DNA of 49,792 bases from assembly GCA_025449535.1 (NCBI GenBank), contig JANWJF010000001.1, positions 369,344 to 419,135 of the forward strand, in the 5' to 3' direction. The stretch is from Candidatus Saccharimonadia bacterium. GTDB taxonomy: Bacteria > Patescibacteriota > SICC01. Of the stretch, positions 8,594-16,683 are shown piece by piece; position 1 is the stretch's first letter; each line of letters begins with the position of its first letter. Under the pieces are notes generated by a model. That model did no database searches, was not told where the DNA came from, and saw only the letters and a list, made by a program, of their open reading frames with translations. A program made the translations under genes and the position numbers.

Positions 8594-10111
8594 TCAGCTT
8601 TGCCGGTCGTTCTTCGGTCGTTGGTCGATCACCTGGCCGTTCGCGCCGGACTTCTTGAAGTAGGCGTCGAGTTCGTCGTCGGAAAGCGGCTGCTGCGGCT
8701 GCTGATCCGATCGGTGCGGCTTGTTCGAGACCTGTCCGGTCACACCGCCGCTGACCATGCCGTCGGGACGGCGCGGGTTCCGCGGCTGCGGGGGTCGCTG
8801 CCCGGCGGGACGCTTCGGTTGTCGCGACTTGCCCGGTCGACCTTGTTCGCGGGTCGTACCCGATCCGCTCGGGACGGAACGGGTCGGTCGGGTCGGGACC
8901 TGTTCCGCCGGCCGCGGTGGGAGACCCGCGGTGGCCGAACGGCCGGATGAGGTGTTCTCGGTCGGTCCCGGCACGCCGAGCCGCTGCGCCTGCCACTTCT
9001 TGATCTGGAGGACGACGTTGCGTTCCGCGTTCTCCAGCGGACCGTCGGTGTCGAATCCGGCCGCGCCCTTGTGGCCGCCGCCGTTCCAGAAGCCCACCAC
9101 CTTGGTGGCGTCGACGCCCTTGGTGGTGCGGACGCTGCCGTCCACCCGACCGTCCTCGCGCTCGCGGAGCAGCAGGATGATCTCGGCGTCCGGCGCCGAG
9201 CTCATCAGCGAGTCGATCACGCCCTTGGCCTCGGTGGGGGTGCCGCCGGTCTCGGTGAAGTCGGCGTTGGTCAGGCTGGCCCAGACCACGCGGGTAGTCG
9301 GGTCGTACTGCAGTCGCGTCAACGCCCGGCCCCAGAGGCGGAGCGTGGAGAGCGGCTTGGTCTTGTAGACGTGCTGGATGATCTCCTGCTGCCGGCCGCC
9401 CTGGGCCACCAGTTGCGCGCTGACGGTCAGCGACTTCGGCGTGGTGTTGGCGTTCTGGAAGCTGCCGGTGTCGGTAATCAGGCCGGTCAGCAGCAGGGTG
9501 GCGACGTCCTCGGTCATCAGCGACTCGCCGAGCGCCTCGATCACGCCGACCAGGATCTCGGACGTCGAGGTCGCGGTGAGGTCGACCAGGTTCACGGCGC
9601 CGAAGTAATCGTTCGACGGATGATGGTCGATATTCACCACCGGCGCCTCGTAGAAGAGGTCCGGGTTGTCCTCGTACAGCGAGCCGAGCCGGTCGAGATC
9701 CGGCGCGTCGAGCACGATCACCAGGTCGAAGCTGTACGCACCCTGGCGGACCTCCACGTCCTTGTCGGCGAACTGTCCTTCCTTGGGCGAGATCACCACG
9801 TTGAGGCGATCCTCGCTGGTGTTGTACTTCAGCTTGTCGACCTTGGTCTTGGACGTGTTCACGCTGACAACGAGGTCCCGGCTGCCGGTGAGGTCCTTGG
9901 TGACCTTGTCGAGCGCTGGCAGGAAGGCGTACATCTCCGGCACGGCGTCACGGATGACCGTCGTCGGGTGCTTGCCGAGCTGCTCGAGCACGAGATGCAT
10001 CGCCAAGGCGGAACCGACCGCATCACCGTCGGGACGGGCGTGCGTGACGATCAGGACGTTGTTGAACTTCCTGACCAGTTCGGTGACTTGTTGCTTAGGG
10101 CTGAGTTCCAT
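8594..10111 (-). CDS. DHH/DHHA1 phosphoesterase (NrnA-like oligoribonuclease / pAp phosphatase) with a ~128 aa disordered Pro/Arg/Gln-rich C-terminal tail
   Basis: 505 aa. Motifs present: HARPDGDAVGS, DHH (NIDHHPSN), ITDTGSF and GGGHKGAAGF (DHHA1). The tail from about aa 378 (nt ~8597-8980) is low complexity. Confidence 0.9.
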   Translation of the reverse strand: MELSPKQQVTELVRKFNNVLIVTHARPDGDAVGSALAMHLVLEQLGKHPTTVIRDAVPEMYAFLPALDKVTKDLTGSRDLVVSVNTSKTKVDKLKYNTSEDRLNVVISPKEGQFADKDVEVRQGAYSFDLVIVLDAPDLDRLGSLYEDNPDLFYEAPVVNIDHHPSNDYFGAVNLVDLTATSTSEILVGVIEALGESLMTEDVATLLLTGLITDTGSFQNANTTPKSLTVSAQLVAQGGRQQEIIQHVYKTKPLSTLRLWGRALTRLQYDPTTRVVWASLTNADFTETGGTPTEAKGVIDSLMSSAPDAEIILLLREREDGRVDGSVRTTKGVDATKVVGFWNGGGHKGAAGFDTDGPLENAERNVVLQIKKWQAQRLGVPGPTENTSSGRSATAGLPPRPAEQVPTRPTRSVPSGSGTTREQGRPGKSRQPKRPAGQRPPQPRNPRRPDGMVSGGVTGQVSNKPHRSDQQPQQPLSDDELDAYFKKSGANGQVIDQRPKNDRQS

Positions 10112-10136
10112 GGGTTACGCGTGAAACGAACTTGAT

Positions 10137-10165
10137 AGCATATCCATCGCTTTCCGATGTGTCAA
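10137..10165 (-). promoter_or_regulatory. Sigma-70-like promoter for the NrnA-like gene cluster
   Basis: The minus strand reads TTGACA (10165-10160), a 17-nt spacer, then TATGCT (10142-10137). The ATG at 10111 is 25 nt downstream. Confidence 0.5.
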
Positions 10166-10230
10166 TGAAAAATCTCTGAAAAATTGCTTAATTATAAGGT
10201 TTTTTAGCGGTTTTGTCAATCCCCCAGGAC

Positions 10231-10259
10231 TTGCCTGGGCGTGCGGCGACGGGTACGCT
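10231..10259 (+). promoter_or_regulatory. Possible rpsT promoter (TTGCCT-N17-TACGCT)
   Basis: The -10-like TACGCT ends 10 nt before the rpsT ATG, giving a near-leaderless arrangement. The match is weak. An inverted repeat cccagg/cctggg (10223-10239) overlaps the -35. Confidence 0.3.
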
Positions 10260-10269
10260 TAGGTTCGTT

Positions 10270-10659
10270 ATGCCTCAGATCAAGTCAGCCAAGAAGCGCG
10301 TGAAGGTCGCCGCCCGGCAAGCGGAAGAGAATACGTTCCACCGCTCCCGCGCCCGGACCGCGCTCAAGAAGGTCCGGAACCTGGCCGACGCCGGCAAGAC
10401 CGACGAGGCCGCGAAGGCGCTGCCGGAAGCGCAGAAGTACCTCGACAAGGCCGCCAAAGTGCGGGCGATCCACCCGCGGACCGTGGCGCGCTACAAGTCC
10501 CGCGTGGTGGAAATGCTGAAGAAAGCCAAGGCGACCCCCGCCAAAGCGGCGGCCAAGCCGGCGAAGGCCGCCGGCAAGAAGCCCGCGGCGAAGAAAGCTC
10601 CTGCTAAAGCCTCGGCTACCAAGAAACCGGCGGCGAAGAAGCCGGCCCCCAAGAAGTAA
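10270..10659 (+). CDS. rpsT: 30S ribosomal protein S20 with a ~46 aa Lys/Ala/Pro-rich C-terminal extension
   Basis: MPQIKSAKKRVKVAARQAEEN... matches the S20 N-terminus (E. coli MANIKSAKKRA). I start at the ATG at 10270, not the track start at 10213. The tail is KKAKATPAKAAAKPAKAAGKKPAAKKAPAKASATKKPAAKKPAPKK. Confidence 0.9.
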   Translation: MPQIKSAKKRVKVAARQAEENTFHRSRARTALKKVRNLADAGKTDEAAKALPEAQKYLDKAAKVRAIHPRTVARYKSRVVEMLKKAKATPAKAAAKPAKAAGKKPAAKKAPAKASATKKPAAKKPAPKK

Positions 10660-10668
10660 CGACCGCGA

Positions 10669-11604
10669 CTAAGCGACCGTCCGCTCGGCCACGAACAGCT
10701 CGAGCGCCTGTTCCGGATCGCGCTTGCCGGACTTTCCGGCTACGTCCAGTTCGGCCAGTTCGTCGTAGATCGCCCGCAGCTCCTCGGGACTGAAGCGGGA
10801 GGCTTGGCGACGGGCCTGCTTCACCGAGTACGGGTGCACGCCGAGTTGCTTCGCCACGGCCGCGTCCGGCTGGCCTTCCGCGGCCTGCACGCCTAATAGG
10901 ATCCGGTACTGCCGGACCACCATCGCGAAAATCCGCTGTGCCGGTTCGCCGGACTTGAGCAGGCTCCGCAACGCGCCCTGCGCCTTCCGGAAGTCCTTCG
11001 CCGCCACGCCGTCCACCAGTTCCCAGATCGTGGAGACGCGGTTCGAGCCAGTGAGGCCGGCAACCAACGACTCCGTGACCTCCCCGTCGCCCGCGGCGAC
11101 CAGCTTGTCCAGCTCGGTCGCCAGCGTCCAACCGTCGGTGCCGAGCGCGGTCACGATGTTCCGGGCGAGTCCCGGCGACAGCTTGGAGCCCGCCGCTTCG
11201 GCGCGCTGTACCAGCCAAGCCGCGGCCGCCGGCTCGTCCATCAACGGATAGTGCCAGGACTTGTCCGCCTCCTGCGCCAGCTTCGCGAACGCCTTGCGCC
11301 GCTTGTCGACCGCGCCGAGCTCCGCCACGATCGCGACGGTGTCGGCCGGGGCGTTCCCCAACAATTCCGCCAGCTTGTTCGCGTCGTCCGCCGGCTTTTC
11401 CGTGAACCAGTTCCGGAAGACGACGATCGTCTTGTCGTCGAAGAGCGACCCGCCGCGCAGCGCGGCCTTGGCCGCCTTGAGGTCCGACTCGTCCGCGTCC
11501 AGCTCGGTGACGCCGACGGCGCCACCGGCGCGCGCCTTGTCCAGCGCCTGCCGGAGTTTCCGATGCACGAGGTACGTCTCTGGCCCGTGGATGACGAGGA
11601 TCAT
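10669..11604 (-). CDS. holA: DNA polymerase III delta subunit
   Basis: 311 aa. The N-terminus is ILVIHGPETYL, and the overall length and helical C-terminal pattern fit HolA. It is convergent with rpsT, a common neighbourhood. Confidence 0.8.
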   Translation of the reverse strand: MILVIHGPETYLVHRKLRQALDKARAGGAVGVTELDADESDLKAAKAALRGGSLFDDKTIVVFRNWFTEKPADDANKLAELLGNAPADTVAIVAELGAVDKRRKAFAKLAQEADKSWHYPLMDEPAAAAWLVQRAEAAGSKLSPGLARNIVTALGTDGWTLATELDKLVAAGDGEVTESLVAGLTGSNRVSTIWELVDGVAAKDFRKAQGALRSLLKSGEPAQRIFAMVVRQYRILLGVQAAEGQPDAAVAKQLGVHPYSVKQARRQASRFSPEELRAIYDELAELDVAGKSGKRDPEQALELFVAERTVA

Positions 11605-11606
11605 GA

Positions 11607-12392
11607 TTACACTCTATCGAGTACGAATCTATATGTCCCCGCCGCAAATAACAGTGCGGCAAGATAGGCTAAAGTAATTCCAAGTATGGGCCCGGAAAGA
11701 GGCACCAAACCATAAACTGCTATGACAAAAAGGAGATTCGCCAAGCCTCCCAGTACCATTGCTTTGCCCGTAGAAGCCATGAACTCTATGCCGTGAGAAC
11801 GAGTCAGGATTAAAAGCGTTGCAGAGAAAACAGCCGGGAAGGAAGAGAACAACCCGCCCCAGATTGGACCTAACAAGCTGGCAAAAAGAACAGCAATGCC
11901 AACGAAGGCACCAGCAAAGAGTGTTCTCGTAACAAAAACAGTACGTGAAAAATGGAGTGGCGGTAATTTTCTATGGGATTTTTTACGTAGGTAGGAAACG
12001 CTTACTCCAGCAAACAGTAATCCTAGAAGAACCGACAATATAAAAGGCATATCCCAGTGCACTAAAACTATAGTCATGGCGAACCAACATATAACAGAGG
12101 CGAGATAAGCGGGTATTAATCCTCCAAATCGGTAGAAAATCACAAACATGCTGACAAAAAGCATGCTGACACCTATCGGAGCCGGCATAACACTGGCCGC
12201 CTCGGTAATTCCAGAAGAGCCTAGGGTTAAACCAATAAAAGCTAGTCCGACTAAAGCTGTGCTAGGAAGTGCTAATAGCACGCCTCCAACTTTGGAGCCG
12301 AATTTTTCAGCAATGAACGTCATCAGGGCTACATAGAAGCCACCTGTGACAAACGACAGTAAGGCTTTAAGCGCTATTTCTTCAGATGTCAT
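11607..12392 (-). CDS. Polytopic membrane protein with an internal tandem duplication (DUF3147-like halves); markedly lower GC than its neighbours
   Basis: I start at the ATG at 12392 (MTSEEIALK), which overlaps the mutM stop (ATGA). There are about 8 hydrophobic helices. The two halves resemble each other: LLSFVTGGFYVALMTFIAEKFGSKVGGVLLALPSTAL versus VTRTLFAGAFVGIAVLFASLLGPIWGGLFSSFPAVFS. Hand counts on three 60-nt lines give 40-48% GC. Confidence 0.75.
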   Translation of the reverse strand: MTSEEIALKALLSFVTGGFYVALMTFIAEKFGSKVGGVLLALPSTALVGLAFIGLTLGSSGITEAASVMPAPIGVSMLFVSMFVIFYRFGGLIPAYLASVICWFAMTIVLVHWDMPFILSVLLGLLFAGVSVSYLRKKSHRKLPPLHFSRTVFVTRTLFAGAFVGIAVLFASLLGPIWGGLFSSFPAVFSATLLILTRSHGIEFMASTGKAMVLGGLANLLFVIAVYGLVPLSGPILGITLAYLAALLFAAGTYRFVLDRV

Positions 12393-13306
12393 GTTTGTTT
12401 CGGCGGTCGCTGGCAACGCGGGCAGAGGTGCGTCCCCCGGCCGGCCACCACGATGCGTTCTATCGGCGTGCCGCAACGGCGGCACGGCTCTCCGGTTCGA
12501 TGATACACCCGGGCCCGGCGCAGGTAGTCGCCGCGGGCGCCGCGGATGGTCACATAAGTATTGTCGGACGTCCCCCCGGCCCGCAGCGAGTCCCGCAGTA
12601 CCTTCTTGATCGCCGGGTGCAGCGCCGCCCGCTGCGTCTTGGTGAGCGAACCGGCCGTCCGGAGCGGATGGATGCGGGCAAGGTTGAGTGCCTCATCCAC
12701 GTAGATGTTCCCCAGGCCGGCGATTACCGTCTGGTCCAGGAGCAGCGGCTTGAGTTTGGCCTTCGGACGGCGCTTCAGCAGCGCGTCGAACTTCGCGGAG
12801 GTGAACGAACGTTCCAGCGGCTCGAGTCCGAGCGTCTTGATGAACAGGAGGTTGCCGACCGCGTCGGTCGAGAGCAGCTTGAGATAGCCGAACTGCCGCA
12901 GGTCGTTGTAGAAGAGCCGGCTGCCGTCGTCGAACGTGAAGACGGCGTGCGTCACCTTCCCGGGCAACTTCATGCCATCAGGCCGGTCGTTGGCGATGGC
13001 AGGGATCGGATGACCACCGGCTAGCACGATCTTTCCCTTAGCATCGCCCCGGGGAGCTTCCCGAAAGATCAGTTGGCCGGTCATCTTGAGGTGGATTACC
13101 AGCGTGCGGCTGCCGAACCGGATCAGCAAGGCCTTGCCGCGCCGGTCCGCGCCGGTCACGGCAGCGCCGACCAAGTCCTTCCGTTTGGCAGGTCGGACCG
13201 CGGTGAACAGCTTGGGTAGCGTCACTGAGAACGACCGGACGCGTTTGCCGGGCAATACCTCGGCCAGTCCTTTGCGGATGGTCTCTACTTCCGGTAACTC
13301 GGGCAT
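12389..13306 (-). CDS. mutM: Formamidopyrimidine-DNA glycosylase
   Basis: MPELPEVETIRKGL is the catalytic N-terminal Pro-Glu motif. An H2TH region is present, and the C-terminus carries the zinc finger CRRCGTPIERIVVAGRGTHLCPRCQ. Confidence 0.95.
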   Translation of the reverse strand: MPELPEVETIRKGLAEVLPGKRVRSFSVTLPKLFTAVRPAKRKDLVGAAVTGADRRGKALLIRFGSRTLVIHLKMTGQLIFREAPRGDAKGKIVLAGGHPIPAIANDRPDGMKLPGKVTHAVFTFDDGSRLFYNDLRQFGYLKLLSTDAVGNLLFIKTLGLEPLERSFTSAKFDALLKRRPKAKLKPLLLDQTVIAGLGNIYVDEALNLARIHPLRTAGSLTKTQRAALHPAIKKVLRDSLRAGGTSDNTYVTIRGARGDYLRRARVYHRTGEPCRRCGTPIERIVVAGRGTHLCPRCQRPPKQT

Positions 13307-13328
13307 ACGTCCAGCTTAGCGGACGGCG

Positions 13329-13742
13329 CTACGGCGCTTCCTGCTTCACGAAGACGACCGTGTCCGGCGGCGCGGCGTGGTACGTCAACTTAGAGACCGG
13401 CCTCCCGTCCACGGTGGCCGACAGGACCAACACCGTCCCGAGCGTGCCCGCCGGATCGCCGGGTCCGGTCGACTGTAAGTCAGGGCCCTTGAAGGTCCCT
13501 ACGGTGGTGGACTCCACCCCGATCCGGGCCCGGGAATCCACACGACTGGCCGCATCACTCAGCGCCAGGTCCTTGAACTTCTCTTGTTGCGCCGCGCTTT
13601 GATCGGGCGTCGCTTCGGCCTGCGAACGGGGTTGCTGGGGCGGGATGACCCGGTCGTCCCCATCGGCCGCCCAGACCGCCAGGAACAACAGCGCCAGACC
13701 CGCCGTCGCGAGCCAGAGCACCCTGGCGCCGCCGGCCTTCAT
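13329..13742 (-). CDS. Small secreted or membrane-anchored hypothetical protein
   Basis: 137 aa with the N-terminal hydrophobic segment VLWLATAGLALLFLAVWA. Its ATG overlaps the PHP gene stop (ATGA). Confidence 0.6.
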   Translation of the reverse strand: MKAGGARVLWLATAGLALLFLAVWAADGDDRVIPPQQPRSQAEATPDQSAAQQEKFKDLALSDAASRVDSRARIGVESTTVGTFKGPDLQSTGPGDPAGTLGTVLVLSATVDGRPVSKLTYHAAPPDTVVFVKQEAP

Positions 13743-14533
13743 CGCGCGGTCTTGGCCTTGGTCACGCCGGGCCGGTCCGACCGGCCGCGTTCCTGGCGAC
13801 GAACCTTACCGGCCAGGATGAACAGCCGCTTCCCGGTCTCACGTAGCTTAATCTTGGCGAAGTAGCGACCGTAGCGGAGTACTTCGCGGATGCGATACTT
13901 GGTACTGACCGCCTCGGTCGTCTTCTGTTCAATCGCCTGGCGCAAATCCGCCGCGGTCCGGCCCGGGAACAACGTGTAGCCTTTGCCGACGGCATCCAGG
14001 ATGTGCGCATCGGACCCGCCGGTCTCCGCGCGGAACAGCATCGTCCGGTTAAGCAGCCGGGCCCGGGCATTCTCGCCCTTCATGATCGGACCGCCGTTGA
14101 CGATCTCGATGCCGTCGAACTGCTCCTTGATCAGGACGTCCGCGCCGACGCCGTCCGCCGTCAGCATGTCCGGGTCGATGTACTTCAGGACGAGCATCGG
14201 ATGGGCGGCGATCGCCAGTCCGCCCTGCTTATGGATCCGTCGGATGGTCTCCCGTACCGGTCGTTCCTTGGGCACCGGCTTCTCGATGAAAAGCGCGAGG
14301 ATGTGACCTTCCTGCGTGGTGACTTCCTCGCCGAGCACCAGGTCGAACCGGTAGTTCCCGGCCTCGTGGATCCGCTTCGCCTCGAACGCCCCATCCATCG
14401 TGTCGTGGTCGGTGATCGCGATGACGTCCAGGTCGGTCTCCTGCTCCACATGTTCGAGCAGCCGCCTGGGAGAAGTGCCACCGTCCGAAGCGGTGGTATG
14501 CAGGTGCAGATCCGCCTTGCCAGCGTCCGGCAT
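13739..14533 (-). CDS. PHP-domain metal-dependent phosphoesterase
   Basis: DLHLHTTASDGG, ITDHDT, EEVTT..GHILAL, AIAAHP and GGSDAH are the PHP His/Asp motifs. I prefer the ATG at 14533 (MPDAGKADLHLHT) over the TTG at 14593 in the track. Confidence 0.85.
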   Translation of the reverse strand: MPDAGKADLHLHTTASDGGTSPRRLLEHVEQETDLDVIAITDHDTMDGAFEAKRIHEAGNYRFDLVLGEEVTTQEGHILALFIEKPVPKERPVRETIRRIHKQGGLAIAAHPMLVLKYIDPDMLTADGVGADVLIKEQFDGIEIVNGGPIMKGENARARLLNRTMLFRAETGGSDAHILDAVGKGYTLFPGRTAADLRQAIEQKTTEAVSTKYRIREVLRYGRYFAKIKLRETGKRLFILAGKVRRQERGRSDRPGVTKAKTAR

Positions 14534-14589
14534 CAGCGGATCTTCATGCTTCCGGTTTTGTTTGCTTGGCACGCAAACAGTATAACGGT

Positions 14590-16644
14590 TCAAGCCTGCT
14601 CGTTCGCTTCGGCGTTCCGGATGGCCGCTTCAAACACAAACTCCAGCACTTCCTTAAGCAGCTCCCCTTTGAATTCGGTGATATTGATACTTCGAGCCAG
14701 CGAATCGCTCGGGACCTTACGCCTTCCTTTCTGAGGGTTCTGCAGGACGACGTACGTCTTATGCAGACGGGTGATCACCGTCCTGAAGCCATCGAGTGAG
14801 ACCGGGGCTTTTTTGTGACATTCCAGATAAGCTAAGTAGACTTCTTCCGCTGCCTGGAAAAGACGTTCCTTGTCTTCCCGCGGCATGCTGACCGCGCCCT
14901 CCCAAGACTGGCTGGTATCTTGGTACGCCCCGTAGGTCTCGGCGACGAATACCTCTGGATCCGTCTCGCTGACGATCTTTTCGCGGGCCTTCCCGTCCAG
15001 TATTTCTTGTATGCTCCGTTGGGCGACTTTCTCCACCCAGACCTGGAAGCTTTCGTGCCGGTCGGCGATCGGGAGGAAATGACGGGCCGTCAGATGCAGT
15101 ACTTCCCGGGGTTTTTCCTCAGGAACGCTGACCTTCGACCCTTTCAGCTGCTTGCGCATCGCCTTCCGGACCGGCGGCAGGTATAAGCGCTCGACCGTGG
15201 CCACCGCCTCTTCATGACCCTTGCTAGCCGGGTCAGCGAATGCCTCGAACAGTTCCCGTTCCGCGGTCGGGACTTCACGACGAAACAGGGGTGGGTCCTC
15301 CTTGGCACCCGCCGCTTCTCGTTCCCGCCTGAGATCCTCGGCCCACTCGTCCAGGGTGTCGCCCTCTTTGAAAGCCTTCAATATTGCGCTCGTAGCACCA
15401 TGGTTGTTGAGTAACCGCTGCCGGCCTTTTTCGCTGGTGAGTGTCGAGCCAATGGAGTTCACGACCCTGTCGAAATGCCTGGCAACGTGCTTTCGATCGA
15501 TGCCAAGTTCTCCCTCCAGTAAGGAAAAGATGATGGTACGGGGAAGTACCGCCGCCTCGTGGGTCATCCGCGGATTGGTCACCGTTTTCACATCGACGCC
15601 GAAGTAATTGGCTGCGGTCAGGACCAAACGGTCAATATCTTCCGCAGAAAGTTCCGGGGATCCCGGTACTCGATCTGGTTTTGGCCTTGGCCTCCGCCGG
15701 GTTCGTTTCACTGGTGTTTGCCCTTGTGGGGCACGGCGTACGCCTTCCGCAAAGTCGTTGCCGGTTTCGAAGCCGGCCCAAATCTCTTCCGCACAAGCCG
15801 AAAGTTCGGGAGTGCTTTGCCTGTCCAGCAGACCATATACCGAACGCACGGCCGTATATCCTAACCGATCGGCGATCTCTGCTGGCGATGCGTTCATGCG
15901 ACGAAGGAGATTAATCACCACCCACTTCGCATCCTGGACGTGTCCGTCACTGGAATGTTGATTCCCGGAACGTTCTGACAAGTGCTCAGGAGACAGGCTG
16001 AAGTAATTGGCAATCACGGTTACGAGACGGCCAGCCGTTTCGGAGTCGAATTCCGGCTTACGTTCGAGGAGCGCCGTTTCCAACACGGCCAGGTCTGTTG
16101 CTGCCTCCCTTCGGACGACCTCCAGATCCGCGGAGAAATCCGGACGCTTCTTATACACCAGCAAATACACGGCGTGCTCGGACGAACGGTTGAGCGTCCG
16201 CATGACCAGTTCCCTGGAAGCACCGACCTGGTCAAGCAACTGGGCTGCGATCCAGCGTCCCTTGAATACATGTTCGGCACGCCTGCTGCTGCGTATCTCA
16301 TCGATAGTAGTCGAGCACTGCGCCGCGGCGACGGCCAGCAGGTCTTCAATGCGCCGCTCGACCTCGGCGGGATCAACCGGCTCGGCCGGCTCGGCCGCTT
16401 GCCCATCATCGTCGAATGAGACGGACACGCCTTCCGTCAGTTCTGCTTCCTGTATCCCGTCTGAAGATACGGCCGCCTCCGGCTTCCCGGCGTCAGGTTC
16501 GTCCGTTTCCTCGGCCAGCTGAGTATCTAACTCCTCTAAGACAGCTTCTACGCCAATGCCGTCGTCCTCCCCCGGCACCAAGCCGTCGTCGCCATAGGGT
16601 ACGGCCTCTTCAATGGCAATCTCTGCTGGATCTTCTTCGTGCAT
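14590..16644 (-). CDS. Large protein with an acidic N-terminus and three tandem DnaA-domain-IV-like HTH modules; C-terminal region weakly like sigma-70 region 2
   Basis: The track ORF is 14590-16680 with a TTG start; the first ATG is at 16644. The repeats lie at nt ~16147-16359, 15820-16035 and 15427-15639. VIANYFSLSPEHL and TAANYFGVDVKTV resemble DnaA VAEYFNI...L..K.R. There is no Walker A motif. GC is lower than in the flanks. Confidence 0.75.
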   Translation of the reverse strand: MHEEDPAEIAIEEAVPYGDDGLVPGEDDGIGVEAVLEELDTQLAEETDEPDAGKPEAAVSSDGIQEAELTEGVSVSFDDDGQAAEPAEPVDPAEVERRIEDLLAVAAAQCSTTIDEIRSSRRAEHVFKGRWIAAQLLDQVGASRELVMRTLNRSSEHAVYLLVYKKRPDFSADLEVVRREAATDLAVLETALLERKPEFDSETAGRLVTVIANYFSLSPEHLSERSGNQHSSDGHVQDAKWVVINLLRRMNASPAEIADRLGYTAVRSVYGLLDRQSTPELSACAEEIWAGFETGNDFAEGVRRAPQGQTPVKRTRRRPRPKPDRVPGSPELSAEDIDRLVLTAANYFGVDVKTVTNPRMTHEAAVLPRTIIFSLLEGELGIDRKHVARHFDRVVNSIGSTLTSEKGRQRLLNNHGATSAILKAFKEGDTLDEWAEDLRREREAAGAKEDPPLFRREVPTAERELFEAFADPASKGHEEAVATVERLYLPPVRKAMRKQLKGSKVSVPEEKPREVLHLTARHFLPIADRHESFQVWVEKVAQRSIQEILDGKAREKIVSETDPEVFVAETYGAYQDTSQSWEGAVSMPREDKERLFQAAEEVYLAYLECHKKAPVSLDGFRTVITRLHKTYVVLQNPQKGRRKVPSDSLARSINITEFKGELLKEVLEFVFEAAIRNAEANEQA

Positions 16645-16683
16645 CGTTGGTGTACGTAGGTGACCTACCAGTGTACACAACCG

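Noticed and set aside
10616-11677. ORFs 10616-11662 (-), 11251-11667 (+) and 11261-11677 (+) overlapping holA
   Set aside because: They are alternative or antisense frames of the holA region with Arg/Gly-rich translations. The 311-aa HolA frame is the one with a family-like sequence.
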